Translations under genes and position numbers: made by a program
In this document: in pieces, positions 7,556 through 17,820 of the stretch
Layout of the letters: the number at the start of each line of letters is the position of its first letter
Numbering within the stretch: position 1 is the first letter of the stretch
The notes under the pieces: model-generated
What the model was told of the DNA's origin: nothing
Database searches by the model: none
The model's input: only the letters and a program-made list of their open reading frames with translations
Assembly (NCBI GenBank): GCA_033578915.1
Contig: JAVQWQ010000002.1
Span: 1-39,052, forward strand
DNA: 39,052 bases
Source of the DNA: Chitinophagales bacterium
Lineage (GTDB): Bacteria > Bacteroidota > Bacteroidia > Chitinophagales > LD1
Reading direction: 5' to 3'

Positions 7556-8434
7556 TCAATCAAGTATTTTTCTGAGCCGGGAAAGGTCTTCGGCCTTATC
7601 GAGATAACCTAAATGTCTGTGCAAATCCATTAAGTTATAAATCAACTCAGAAATAACGGACTTATTAGAGGCAGGATTAAAGAAGGCTGGTTCTTCAGGA
7701 GCATCTAACCTTTGCAGATAGTCTTTTATCTCATTTCGAGAAAAAACAGACCCTCTATTAAAAGGATTGATATAAAAAAGAATTTCTTTCTGTGGCTTAT
7801 TGTTGGAAGAAAAATTTTCAATCGAAGACTTACACATACATAAGATGTAATGTTTTAGCAACGTCACTCCATACACAGGAAGGTTTAAATCATTTGCTAT
7901 AATCTGATACAGTATTCCCAACGACAGCGCATTACCCTTACGCGTTTCGAGTAAATTATTCAGACAATATTCGCTGTATTCGAGATGTTTCCCGGCTGAA
8001 GCTTCAAATCGAAATACGCCATAAAATACCTGGTTAAATACGTGAATCTGCTCTAAAGCCGATTGATTGTAATTTAGTTCAACCCAAATTCTTTGTTTGA
8101 TTTTAAAAATTTGTTTCTTGATATTATCAAAGTCAAGATCAGGATAATAATACCTGGACACCAAGAAGTATCCTTCAAGAAGATCCGGATTTTCAGATTC
8201 TGCCCACTTGGAAAAATCAAGCAACAAATCTTCGTAGTATATGGAATGAATAACCTCTTCAAGTTTTTGTTGAATGTATGCGTCTTGCGATTGCGACCAA
8301 ATTTCCTCCAGGGCAGGAATAGCATTCTTGCCAAAGCTCACCAGTTTTTGAAAGATATGATTATAAACCTCAGGATCATTATCGTCCAGCAGTTGTACCA
8401 TGGCATTAAGCTCCCTGCGATTTATCATACTCAT
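7556..8434 (-). CDS. Transglutaminase-like / SirB1-family protein
   Basis: 292 aa. The core LLETRKGNALSLGILYQIIANDLNLPVYGVTLLKHYIL resembles the SirB1/transglutaminase-like N-terminal domain. Its start overlaps the topA stop (ATGA, 8431-8434). Confidence 0.55.
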   Translation of the reverse strand: MSMINRRELNAMVQLLDDNDPEVYNHIFQKLVSFGKNAIPALEEIWSQSQDAYIQQKLEEVIHSIYYEDLLLDFSKWAESENPDLLEGYFLVSRYYYPDLDFDNIKKQIFKIKQRIWVELNYNQSALEQIHVFNQVFYGVFRFEASAGKHLEYSEYCLNNLLETRKGNALSLGILYQIIANDLNLPVYGVTLLKHYILCMCKSSIENFSSNNKPQKEILFYINPFNRGSVFSRNEIKDYLQRLDAPEEPAFFNPASNKSVISELIYNLMDLHRHLGYLDKAEDLSRLRKILD

Positions 8435-10770
8435 TTTTTTCCGGATACTTTTCGCGATGGCTTCTTACTTTTTTGAGGGGTTGTTTCTATTATTTTCAGA
8501 ATCTCATCAAGTGTAAGGGTTTCGGCTTGAACTCCTTTAGGAATTTTAAAATTATCTTTTCCCTTTTTGATATAAGGGCCGAAACGGCCTCTTAAAACTT
8601 GTATGCCATGTTCTGAGAATTCCTGAATCAAGGAGCTGGCCTCGGCATCACGTTTGGCTTGTATCAATGCAATAGCTTCATCCAAACTTACGGTGTATGG
8701 ATCATAGGCTTTCTCAAGTGAGTAAAACTTATTGTCGTGAAGTATGTACGGGCCAAACCTTCCCACATTTACTTTAACCTCCTTCCCTTCAAATATGCCA
8801 AGCGTTCGAGGCAATTGAAACAAAGCAAGTGCCTGCTCAAGAGTAATATTTTCAATAGACTGCCCCGGACGCAAACTTGCAAAGCGAGGCTTTTTTTGCT
8901 CATCATCAGTTTTCCCGATTTGAATCATAGCCCCATAGCGACCCATTCGCGCAAAAACAGGCTCACCGGTTTTGGGGTCATCTCCCAGATATCTTTCTCC
9001 CGTAACTTTTTTGGCTTCTTTTTCAGTTTGTTCTACGTTGGCATGAAAAGGCTTATAAAAAGCATCAATCATCTTCTGCCATTCCAGCTTACCTAAGGCT
9101 ATTTCATCAAACTGTTCTTCTACCTTGGCGGTGAATCCATAATCTAGAATATTACTAAAATTTTCAACTAAAAAATCATTGACCAATATACCAATGTCGG
9201 TAGGGAAAAGCTTGTTTTTTTCAGCGCCGACAATTTCTGTTTTAGTAGCAACGCTAACCTGATTGTCTTTTAAGGTTAGCACCCTGTAGGCGCGCTCTGT
9301 ACCCTCACGACTTTCTTTTACGACGTAATTTCTTTGTTGAATCGTTGAAATAATTGGTGCATAAGTAGAAGGCCTTCCGATACCCAACTCTTCAAGTTTT
9401 TTTACGAGACTGGCTTCAGTGTATCGGGGCTGTGGCCTTGTAAACTTTTCGGTTGCTATAAGCTCTTTAAGCTCCAGAATCTGACCTGTTTTTACAGGCG
9501 GTAGAAGCCTGGTTTCTTCTTGTTCGTTTTCAGGTTCATCGTCATTATCTTCTGCGTAAACCTTCAGAAATCCATCAAATAATACCACCTCTCCGGTAGC
9601 CGTTAATATATCTTCATTTTTATCATTACTGATATTTATTAATGTGCGCTCTAATTCTGCATCGCTCATTTGAGAGGCAATGGCTCTTTTCCATATTAGT
9701 TCATACAATCGCTGCTCATCGCGCTCAGCCTCAATTTCTGTAAGAGAAGGGTTTGTAGGCCTTATGGCTTCGTGGGCCTCCTGCGCATTTTCATTTTTAG
9801 TAACATATTGCCGCTGGCGGTGATATTTTGCGCCATATCTTTTTTGGATTTCACTACCTAATTCCTGAAGCGCCACCTCAGAAAGCGTTGTGGAATCGGT
9901 ACGCATATATGTAATGTATCCGGCTTCGTATAGATTTTGCGCCAAACGCATTGTGCGCGATACCGAAAAACCAAGCTTGCGCGAAGCCTCTTGCTGAAGC
10001 GTAGATGTTGTAAAAGGAGCAGCCGGCGAGCGCCGCGAAGGTTTTTTCTCAATACTCTGTACAGTAAAAACCGCGCCTATTAATTGATTTAAATAAGCTA
10101 AGGCATCTTGTTCCTTACTGAATCTGGTTGCGCTTTCGGCTTTAACTAAAACTTTTTTTCCGCCTTCATCAGCAACATAAAACCACCCGTTTATCTTAAA
10201 ACTGGAAACAGGAACAAAATTATTGATTTCCCGTTCACGCTCTACAATCAGGCGAACAGCCACCGATTGTACACGGCCTGCTGATAGTGCCGGCTTGACT
10301 TTCTTCCACAAAACAGGAGAAAGCTCATAGCCCACTAACCTATCAAGCACGCGCCGTGCTTGCTGGGCATTTACCAGATTTAAATTCAGCCGTCTTGGAT
10401 TTTTAATTGCATTTTTGATGGCTTTCTCTGTAACCTCAGTGTAGGTAATACGCTTTGCAGTTTGCGGATCTAATCCCAGCACATGGCACAAATGCCATGA
10501 TATTGCCTCTCCTTCACGATCTTCATCAGTAGCCAGATAGATATCTGTTGATTCCTTAGCCAGTTTTTTCAACTCATTCACAATCTTTTTTTTGTCTTCG
10601 CTGACTTCATACTCAGGAGTGTAGCCATTTTGTATATCAACTGCCAAACCCTTGTCGGGCAAATCTCGTATGTGGCCATAGCTGGAAGCCACAATAAAAT
10701 CTTTACCAAGATATTTATTGATTGTTTTTGCTTTGCTCGGCGATTCTACTATGATAAGGCTTTTAGACAT
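8431..10770 (-). CDS. topA: DNA topoisomerase I (type IA)
   Basis: 779 aa. TOPRIM motifs LIIVESPSKAKTINKYLG and DEDREGEAISWH, and the active-site Tyr region GYITYMRTDS. The C-terminal repeats are of GRFGPYI type (MGRYGAMI, VGRFGPYILH, RGRFGPYIKKG) instead of Zn fingers, with a K-rich tail. Confidence 0.95.
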   Translation of the reverse strand: MSKSLIIVESPSKAKTINKYLGKDFIVASSYGHIRDLPDKGLAVDIQNGYTPEYEVSEDKKKIVNELKKLAKESTDIYLATDEDREGEAISWHLCHVLGLDPQTAKRITYTEVTEKAIKNAIKNPRRLNLNLVNAQQARRVLDRLVGYELSPVLWKKVKPALSAGRVQSVAVRLIVEREREINNFVPVSSFKINGWFYVADEGGKKVLVKAESATRFSKEQDALAYLNQLIGAVFTVQSIEKKPSRRSPAAPFTTSTLQQEASRKLGFSVSRTMRLAQNLYEAGYITYMRTDSTTLSEVALQELGSEIQKRYGAKYHRQRQYVTKNENAQEAHEAIRPTNPSLTEIEAERDEQRLYELIWKRAIASQMSDAELERTLINISNDKNEDILTATGEVVLFDGFLKVYAEDNDDEPENEQEETRLLPPVKTGQILELKELIATEKFTRPQPRYTEASLVKKLEELGIGRPSTYAPIISTIQQRNYVVKESREGTERAYRVLTLKDNQVSVATKTEIVGAEKNKLFPTDIGILVNDFLVENFSNILDYGFTAKVEEQFDEIALGKLEWQKMIDAFYKPFHANVEQTEKEAKKVTGERYLGDDPKTGEPVFARMGRYGAMIQIGKTDDEQKKPRFASLRPGQSIENITLEQALALFQLPRTLGIFEGKEVKVNVGRFGPYILHDNKFYSLEKAYDPYTVSLDEAIALIQAKRDAEASSLIQEFSEHGIQVLRGRFGPYIKKGKDNFKIPKGVQAETLTLDEILKIIETTPQKSKKPSRKVSGKK

Positions 10771-10945
10771 GTTATATGTTCAGGTTTTCGACAGCTAAAT
10801 AATGCGCGAATGAATAATTTTTTTTTGAAGTGTATATTTTTTTTGAGTTTATCAATAATGAGTGGTCACAAATGCTCTTCATAACAACTTCCCTAAATTT
10901 CATTTAAAATTTCATTAAAACACCGTATGTAAAAACCAATACAAA

Positions 10946-10953
10946 TAATTTTG
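10946..10953 (+). promoter_or_regulatory. Candidate -7 promoter box TAATTTTG
   Basis: Matches TAnnTTTG, 11 nt upstream of the ccmE ATG. Confidence 0.4.
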
Positions 10954-10964
10954 TTATTAGTTAT

Positions 10965-11363
10965 ATGAAAAAATCGCATATCATTTTATTAGTTGTGCTT
11001 GCAGCCGCAATCGGCATAATTGTTGCTACAACCGGCGACTATACTACATATGCTACATTCAGTCAAGCCAAAGAAACCAAAAGGGCAGTAAATGTTGCCG
11101 GTTACCTGGCTAAAGATAAACCTTTGATTTACGACCCTTTAAAAGATCCGAATTATTTCCGATTTACTATGTACGACAGAGAGGGAAATGTGCAGGAAGT
11201 GATTTATAAAGGCGCAAAACCGCAGGATTTTGAAAGAAGTGAACAATTGGTTGTTAAAGGTAAGATGGAAAATGGATATTTTCGTGCAAGCGAAATTTTA
11301 ATGAAATGCCCCTCTAAATATGTGAATGACGAAATAACATTTAAGGAAAAAGAGACATCATAG
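10965..11363 (+). CDS. ccmE: Cytochrome c maturation protein CcmE, Cys-type (CXXXY) variant
   Basis: 132 aa. N-terminal membrane anchor, OB-fold body (QLVVKGKMENGYFRASEILMK), and a C-terminal CPSKY (11307-11321) where classical CcmE has HxxxY. Confidence 0.7.
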   Translation: MKKSHIILLVVLAAAIGIIVATTGDYTTYATFSQAKETKRAVNVAGYLAKDKPLIYDPLKDPNYFRFTMYDREGNVQEVIYKGAKPQDFERSEQLVVKGKMENGYFRASEILMKCPSKYVNDEITFKEKETS

Positions 11364-11386
11364 TTGTTTTTTACTCACCATTTATC

Positions 11387-11710
11387 ATGCTTAAAAAATT
11401 TTTTCAACCCCATGTAACTATTTACCGTTACGACAAATTTCTTGTAGGTTTCGTACCTGCAATGATTGCCCCATGGATTGGGGTTCTTTTATTTTACCTC
11501 GCAAAGTTTTCGGATATGAGCCTTCGGGATTATTTTATTATGATTTTCAAGCCTCAGATTTTTTCTCCAATCATGAGCCTCGGTGTGGTGTTGAATCTTT
11601 TCATCTTCTTTTTGTTTATATCAAGAAATTATTACATAGCTGCACGCGCTGTAATCTTTGCTTCTATACTCTATGCCATACCTATTGTTTGGGTAAAATT
11701 TTTCCATTAG
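11387..11710 (+). CDS. Small integral membrane protein, unknown function
   Basis: 107 aa with about 3 hydrophobic helices. Same strand, 23 nt after ccmE. Confidence 0.5.
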   Translation: MLKKFFQPHVTIYRYDKFLVGFVPAMIAPWIGVLLFYLAKFSDMSLRDYFIMIFKPQIFSPIMSLGVVLNLFIFFLFISRNYYIAARAVIFASILYAIPIVWVKFFH

Positions 11711-11844
11711 ATAGATGTAATTTTATAGGAGCAAGAAGTATTATTAATGCTTTATTCTTTTTTACTCTAAACACACCATAGGTGTAAACCTGATAAATAA
11801 AGGCTCAATAATTTTATAACTCAGCTTAAACATAACTATCATAA

Positions 11845-12276
11845 ATGAATGAAATAAATTTCTTAAATGCAGATGAATCATTATTGCCAGAAATCTGTAA
11901 CAGGATTTTACATGAATTTTACGGTTGCAAAGTTTTTCTTTTATCCGGCGAACCCGGAGCAGGAAAAACAACGCTGGTAAGAAATTTCTGTTCTATACTT
12001 GGTGTAACAGACGAAGTTTGCAGCCCCACATACACCATCATTAACGAATACCATACACGCACCGGAGAAAAAATTTATCATATAGATTTATATCGTTTAA
12101 AAAACAAAGAAGAGGCTGTTGAAGCAGGAGTCATAGATATTTTAGATCGAACAAACTGGACTTTTATAGAATGGTATCAAATTCTTTCAGAATACATTGA
12201 CCGGAATGCCGTGATTATAAAAATGGAAAAAACAGAAGATGCAAAGAGAAATATATTTGCAGAATATCTTAAATAA
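11845..12276 (+). CDS. tsaE: tRNA t6A37 biosynthesis ATPase TsaE
   Basis: 143 aa. P-loop GEPGAGKTTL, SPTYTIINEY and HIDLYRL motifs. Confidence 0.9.
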   Translation: MNEINFLNADESLLPEICNRILHEFYGCKVFLLSGEPGAGKTTLVRNFCSILGVTDEVCSPTYTIINEYHTRTGEKIYHIDLYRLKNKEEAVEAGVIDILDRTNWTFIEWYQILSEYIDRNAVIIKMEKTEDAKRNIFAEYLK

Positions 12277-12348
12277 GATTGTAAAAGCAGTTGAGATAAT
12301 TAAAACGACTTCAATTTGAATGAATTGATATTTTAATATTGTTTCACT

Positions 12349-15009
12349 ATGATGACATCGCATCAGATTAGAAATGCTTTCTTAAAGTTTTTTGAAATCA
12401 AAGAACATAAGATTGTGCCGTCTGCGCCATTAGTGGTAAAAAATGACCCGACACTGATGTTTATCAACAGCGGTATGGCTCCTTTTAAAAATATTTTTTT
12501 AGGTAATGAGCCAATTAAGTACCCTCGAGTAGCCAATACACAAAAATGCCTTAGAGTAAGCGGTAAACACAACGACCTCGAAGAAGTTGGAGTTGACACC
12601 TATCATCATACTTTTTTTGAAATGTTAGGTAACTGGAGCTTTGGAGATTATTTTAAGGCTGAAGCGATAGCCTGGAGTTGGGAACTGCTTACACAAATAT
12701 ACAAGCTGGACAAAGACAGGCTTTATGTAACGGTTTTTGAAGGAGATGAAAAAGAAAATTTACGTTTTGATACAGAAGCGTATGAAGAATGGAGTAAATG
12801 GATTGATAAAGACCGAATTTTAAAAGGAAACAAAAAAGACAATTTCTGGGAAATGGGCGAAACCGGCCCCTGTGGCCCTTGCACTGAAATTCATATTGAC
12901 CTGCGCCCTGAGGAAGAAAGAACTAAAACTGACGGAAAACAATTAGTCAATAAAGGTCATCCGCTGGTAATTGAAATATGGAATAATGTTTTTATGGAAT
13001 ATGAAAGAAAAGCAGATGGTTCGTTGGCGGCACTACCTAAAAAGCATGTGGACACCGGCATGGGCTTTGAACGCTTATGCATGGCTGTTCAGCAAAAAAA
13101 CAGCAGTTATGACACTGATGTTTTTCAACCCATCATTCGCGCTATTTCAAACATTACAGGCATAGATTACCAATACTCTCTTCCTGAACAAGATGGGCTG
13201 GGAAGAACTATTGCACATCTCTCTACTACTCAAAAAAGAGATATTGCAATCCGTGTAGTTGCAGACCATATAAGAACTTTGGCATTTACTATTGCCGATG
13301 GTCAGTTGCCCTCAAACAACGGTGCAGGATATGTTATTCGAAGAATACTTCGCAGAGCAGTCCGTTATGGTTTTTCCTATTTGAACATGGAGCAACCATT
13401 TATATTCAAACTTGTTGATGTGCTTGCAGAACAATATAAAGATGTCTTCCCGGAATTAAACGCGCAAAAGGATTTTGTTGCTAATGTAATTAAAGAAGAA
13501 GAGCTATCTTTTCTGCGCACACTTGCCAATGGCCTGCGCCGTATAGATTCGTTAAATAAAATAGATGGAAAAACAGCTTTTGAGCTGTTTGACACCTACG
13601 GCTTTCCTTTTGACCTCACCAAACTTATTGCAGCAGAAAAAGGCTGGGAGGTAGATGAAAAAGAATTTGAACGCGAAATGCAAGCCCAGCGCGAAAGAGC
13701 GCGTAGTGCTGCAGTAGCAGAAACCAGCGATTGGACATGGATAAACGATGACAAACCCACAGAATTTGTTGGTTATGAATGTACCGAAGCGGTTGCAACT
13801 CCACTGCGATACAGAAGTTTAAGAGTAAAAGATAAAGTTTGGTATCAAATTGTGCTCGACAAAACTCCTTTCTATGCTGAATCTGGCGGGCAGGTTGGCG
13901 ATACCGGCTACCTGGATTTTGACGGAGAAAGCATACGCGTGGAAGATACGCGAAAAGAAAATGAACTGATTGTACATTGGACTAAAGAATTGCCTAAGAA
14001 ATTCAGCAAAGTAGTTGTAGCAAGGGTGGACAAAGACAGGCGGAACGATATAAGAAAAAATCATTCTGCAACTCACCTGCTACAAGCCGCTCTTAGAAAA
14101 GTGTTAGGCCCTCATGTTCAACAAAGAGGCTCGCTGGTGTGCAGCGAATATCTCCGATTTGACTTTTCACATTTTGCCAAGATGACTGAAGATGAAATCA
14201 GACAAACAGAGGAACTGGTAAACGAAAAAATTCAGCAAAATATATTACTAGACGAAAAAAGAAATGTACCCATTGCTGAAGCGGAGCGAATGGGCGCAAC
14301 TATGTTATTCGGAGAAAAATACGGTGAAAATGTGCGCGTGATAACTTTTGATGAAGAATTCAGCAGGGAACTTTGTGGAGGCACACATGTTTCATCAACT
14401 GCAGAAATAGGAATATTTAAAATAATCTCAGAAAGTGCAGTTGCATCCGGTATTAGAAGAATTGAAGCAGTAACAGGAAAGGGAGCATTATCATGGATAA
14501 ACAGCGAATTGCAGCAGCTGCAAAAAGTTCGCGAATTGCTGAATAATCCAAAAGATGTCGTGAAAAATATTCAAACCATAAAAAGCGAAAATGAACAACT
14601 CAAAAAACAAGTTGTATCAATGGAGGACCATATAGTTTCTGAATTAGCCAAGCAAATTCTTCCAAATATTACATCAAAAGAGGGTTTGTTTTTTTATACC
14701 GGAACAAGAATTGACGTTCCTTCCATTGATGCATTAAGAAAGTTGGGTATCCAACTAATCAACGCGCTTAAAACAGATTATTTGCTAATTTTAAGTGCAA
14801 TCATACAAGAGAAAATTTCGATTCATCTTCGCGTTGCTCCTTCTTTAGGATTAAATGCAAATCAGTTATTAAAAGAGTTAGCTCCACATCTGCGCGGTGG
14901 AGGGCCTCCTGAATTTGTACAGGCTGTTGCTGAAAATGAAAGTCAGGTAAAAGAACTGATTGATAAAATATCTCAGAAAGTTGCTACGATGGCCATTAAG
15001 CCAGCATAA
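12349..15009 (+). CDS. alaS: Alanyl-tRNA synthetase
   Basis: 886 aa. FINSGMAPFK, HHTFFEMLGNWSFGDYFK and WNNVFMEY motifs, an editing-domain HSATHLL...CGGTH, and a C-terminal DHHA1-like region. Confidence 0.97.
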   Translation: MMTSHQIRNAFLKFFEIKEHKIVPSAPLVVKNDPTLMFINSGMAPFKNIFLGNEPIKYPRVANTQKCLRVSGKHNDLEEVGVDTYHHTFFEMLGNWSFGDYFKAEAIAWSWELLTQIYKLDKDRLYVTVFEGDEKENLRFDTEAYEEWSKWIDKDRILKGNKKDNFWEMGETGPCGPCTEIHIDLRPEEERTKTDGKQLVNKGHPLVIEIWNNVFMEYERKADGSLAALPKKHVDTGMGFERLCMAVQQKNSSYDTDVFQPIIRAISNITGIDYQYSLPEQDGLGRTIAHLSTTQKRDIAIRVVADHIRTLAFTIADGQLPSNNGAGYVIRRILRRAVRYGFSYLNMEQPFIFKLVDVLAEQYKDVFPELNAQKDFVANVIKEEELSFLRTLANGLRRIDSLNKIDGKTAFELFDTYGFPFDLTKLIAAEKGWEVDEKEFEREMQAQRERARSAAVAETSDWTWINDDKPTEFVGYECTEAVATPLRYRSLRVKDKVWYQIVLDKTPFYAESGGQVGDTGYLDFDGESIRVEDTRKENELIVHWTKELPKKFSKVVVARVDKDRRNDIRKNHSATHLLQAALRKVLGPHVQQRGSLVCSEYLRFDFSHFAKMTEDEIRQTEELVNEKIQQNILLDEKRNVPIAEAERMGATMLFGEKYGENVRVITFDEEFSRELCGGTHVSSTAEIGIFKIISESAVASGIRRIEAVTGKGALSWINSELQQLQKVRELLNNPKDVVKNIQTIKSENEQLKKQVVSMEDHIVSELAKQILPNITSKEGLFFYTGTRIDVPSIDALRKLGIQLINALKTDYLLILSAIIQEKISIHLRVAPSLGLNANQLLKELAPHLRGGGPPEFVQAVAENESQVKELIDKISQKVATMAIKPA

Positions 15010-15081
15010 GATAAAATTATGCTTTTATCGCATTATAATAATAATTTATTCTTAGGTACTAAGTTAGCTCAATACCAAAAC

Positions 15082-15966
15082 TTATCTTTTTTTTCCTTTT
15101 TGCGGGCTTGGATTGGCCTCTGGTATGGCCTTGATTTCTGCAATAAGCTTTTGATTCATTCTTACATATTCTTCATTTTTGGCATCTCTTGCTTTTTGTA
15201 AAGAGACTTCTGCCGACTGAAGCGCATTGGCATAGTCTTTCATCTTATACAATATTTTGGCGCGTAGATGCGTAATCCAATATGCCGAAGGATTTATTTC
15301 TGCAGCTTTTGTACACCACTCCAGCGCTTTGGAAAGATCTTTATTATTTTCATAATAATAGTTTGCAGCCTGATAAAAAGGCCTTTTATCCGTAGCCAAT
15401 TCCTTATCAATAGCCTTCATTATCTTTTCATCAATCTGTGCATATACAATAAAAGACACCATTGTGCGATCCCATTTAAGCTGAATTTCTGCCTGAGTGG
15501 GCTTGATATTCTGGATATCAATAGTAAAAGTTTCTACGGGCTCGCATAGCCGTATTGGTTTAACCGGTATGCGGACAACATCGTTTTCAATTTTATAATC
15601 ATTAGCAGAAGTAACGTTGAGGTCTTTTGTAATAATGATTTGCCATTCGTTTTCTCCGGGTATGGTTAGTAATCCGTATTTCCCCTTTTCAACTTTTGTT
15701 TGTTCGATCGTAACTTCTTCCCCAAACTCGATGGTTGTTGCGGCATTAGCGCCTGTACGCCAGATTTTTCCATAAGGAACCAGGTCACCAAATATCACCC
15801 TTCCTTTTACGCCCGGCCGAGAATAATTTAATTCGATAAATGATGTGGCAAATTGCTGGCGGACTGTTTGCAGCGGGCTTGGAGGTGGAATAGGAAGAGA
15901 TTGGCCAAAGCTTACATAAAAACTAATTATTGCAACATGTAACAGAAAAAATTGCTGTTTTATCAT
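15082..15966 (-). CDS. DUF2911 domain protein with C-terminal TPR repeats (secreted)
   Basis: 294 aa with a signal peptide. YSRPGVKGRVIFGDLVPYGKIWRTGANAATTIEF is characteristic of DUF2911. The C-terminus carries TPR-like helices. Confidence 0.7.
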   Translation of the reverse strand: MIKQQFFLLHVAIISFYVSFGQSLPIPPPSPLQTVRQQFATSFIELNYSRPGVKGRVIFGDLVPYGKIWRTGANAATTIEFGEEVTIEQTKVEKGKYGLLTIPGENEWQIIITKDLNVTSANDYKIENDVVRIPVKPIRLCEPVETFTIDIQNIKPTQAEIQLKWDRTMVSFIVYAQIDEKIMKAIDKELATDKRPFYQAANYYYENNKDLSKALEWCTKAAEINPSAYWITHLRAKILYKMKDYANALQSAEVSLQKARDAKNEEYVRMNQKLIAEIKAIPEANPSPQKGKKR

Positions 15967-16012
15967 GGCATATAATTAAATATTATGGTATTGCAAATCC
16001 ACTTACAATATT

Positions 16013-16501
16013 TTATTGCTGACGCAAAAAAGCAATCAAGTCAGTGTTTTCAATACTAGAATGCCCGGCCAAACGCAAAAGCGTAATGATTTGCCCGCGG
16101 TGATAGCTTCCGTGGTTTACCACGTGAAAAAGTATATCTTCAACCGGTTGGGCGTATTCCATTCCCTTGAGGTTTTTATACCGTACAATACTCTCAAGAA
16201 ATGAAGAGTCTTTATCTTTTATAAAAGAAAGTAATTCCTCAGAAGCTAAGGGATATTTATCCAAAGCTTCGGCCGGGCTGCCTGTAAAGTGCTCGCTTGG
16301 CCAATTAGTGATTTGCCCACCCTGGATACGTGTGAACCAAATAACCTCTGCATCCCAAATGTGCAAAACAGTTCTGTATATATTCTTGAAACTTGATGGA
16401 TATTCCATAAATAAATCTTTTTCAGGTATATTTTTCAACATATTTGCTATTCGGCGATTTGCCCAGGCATTGTATGCAAGATGTTTTTGTATAGAATACA
16501 T
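16013..16501 (-). CDS. DinB family protein
   Basis: 162 aa. LAYNAWANRR near the N-terminus and HVVNHGSYHRGQI near the C-terminus (the DinB four-helix His motifs). Confidence 0.85.
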   Translation of the reverse strand: MYSIQKHLAYNAWANRRIANMLKNIPEKDLFMEYPSSFKNIYRTVLHIWDAEVIWFTRIQGGQITNWPSEHFTGSPAEALDKYPLASEELLSFIKDKDSSFLESIVRYKNLKGMEYAQPVEDILFHVVNHGSYHRGQIITLLRLAGHSSIENTDLIAFLRQQ

Positions 16502-16562
16502 AGTAAAACTTTTATAAGCGAATGTACATCCCTACATATATTTTATCATCAAAAAATTCAAA

Positions 16563-17765
16563 ATGAAAAAAATAAAAGTCGGCCGCGAAACCATATGTGC
16601 AGCAGATGCTGTTATCGAAGATGATATTAGGCCTCATCTCATGCCGGTGTATGCCACTTCTACCTATTTATATGAAAGCCCTGAAAAAGCGGCAAAATCG
16701 TTTTTGGGAAAAAACGAGCAACCCTTTATTTACGGGCGGTGGAGTCATCCCAACGCCAAGCTGATAGAGCAAAAGATTGCTGCTTTGGAAAGCTATGGTA
16801 TGAAAAATAATGCAACTGCGTTAGCATTTGGTTCGGGCATGGCAGCCATTTCGGCTCTGTTTCAAGGACTACTAAACACAGGAGATGCAGTATTGGCTCA
16901 GGGAAATATTTATGGCACTACTATAGATTACCTGAATTTTTTCAGTAAAAAATTTGGGATACAGGTCATTTACGCAGACCTAAGCAAGATCGAAGAGGTT
17001 GATCTTATACTTAAAAGAAATAAATCAATTAAGTTGATATATGGCGAGTCGCCTTCCAATCCCACAATTCGCTGCTTAGACCTCTTCAAACTACAAAAAG
17101 TAGCGAAAAAATATAAGTGCAAAACCTGTATTGATAATACCTTCTGCACGGCAATCATTCAACAGCCTCTTGCGTTTGGAATTGATTTTGTTGTGTATTC
17201 GGCCACGAAGTTTATCAATGGCCATGGAAACAGTCTTGCAGGTGTTATTGTTTCAGGTGATGCTGAGTTTATGCAAAACACATTTTATAAAATTCGCAAG
17301 CTGCATGGCAGCATCATTTCTCCTTTTGACGCATGGATTCTCAATAATGGAATCAAAACATTACCGCTGCGCATGGAGGCTCACAGCAAAAACGCTTTAA
17401 GGTTAGCTGAATTTGTATCAACTCATCCTAAAGTAAAAAAAGTGTATTATCCGGGTTTGCCTCAGGACTCCGACCATAATATAGCCAAAAAGCAAATGAA
17501 ATATTTCGGAGGCATGTTGGCTTTTGAAATAAAGGGAGGAAGAAAGGAGGCTTTTCGCGTGTTACGCAGGCTAAGGCTTTGCCGACTCACTGCATCATTA
17601 GGCACCTGCGATACGCTGATACAACATCCGGCCAGCATGAGCCATTCGTTTGTGCCTCCACAACAGCGCGAACAATATCAAATTACTGAGGGACTATTGC
17701 GCATGAGCGTAGGCTTGGAAAATCCTGATGACCTTATAGAAGATTTATCTCAAGCGCTTTCATGA
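16563..17765 (+). CDS. Cys/Met-metabolism PLP-dependent enzyme (cystathionine gamma-synthase / O-acylhomoserine sulfhydrylase / Met gamma-lyase family)
   Basis: 400 aa. YGRWSHPN, a PLP-lysine motif YSATKFINGHG, and a C-terminal LRMSVGLE. Confidence 0.85.
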   Translation: MKKIKVGRETICAADAVIEDDIRPHLMPVYATSTYLYESPEKAAKSFLGKNEQPFIYGRWSHPNAKLIEQKIAALESYGMKNNATALAFGSGMAAISALFQGLLNTGDAVLAQGNIYGTTIDYLNFFSKKFGIQVIYADLSKIEEVDLILKRNKSIKLIYGESPSNPTIRCLDLFKLQKVAKKYKCKTCIDNTFCTAIIQQPLAFGIDFVVYSATKFINGHGNSLAGVIVSGDAEFMQNTFYKIRKLHGSIISPFDAWILNNGIKTLPLRMEAHSKNALRLAEFVSTHPKVKKVYYPGLPQDSDHNIAKKQMKYFGGMLAFEIKGGRKEAFRVLRRLRLCRLTASLGTCDTLIQHPASMSHSFVPPQQREQYQITEGLLRMSVGLENPDDLIEDLSQALS

Positions 17766-17820
17766 AAATTTTTCACAATACTTTATAACGATTACCGATA
17801 TTATTGTAGATATATATCCA

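Noticed and set aside
8093-8476. 127-aa plus-strand ORF antisense to the transglutaminase-like gene and the topA 3' end
   Set aside because: It lies entirely inside two well-supported minus-strand genes. Its sequence is low-complexity and Ile/Phe/Lys-rich, as expected from reading AT-rich coding DNA backwards, and it has no recognisable motif.
10818-10844. T9 and T8 homopolymer tracts (each followed by GA) in the topA/ccmE divergent promoter region, as possible phase-variation switches
   Set aside because: They are intergenic, lie between housekeeping genes, and fit ordinary AT-rich upstream elements. Nothing in the sequence suggests length-dependent control, and I cannot assess variability from one sequence.
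15010-15081. AT-rich hairpin gataaaa/ttttatc (15012-15031) after alaS as a shared bidirectional terminator
   Set aside because: It has a 7-bp all-A/T-dominated stem without a following T-run, which is too weak to call.
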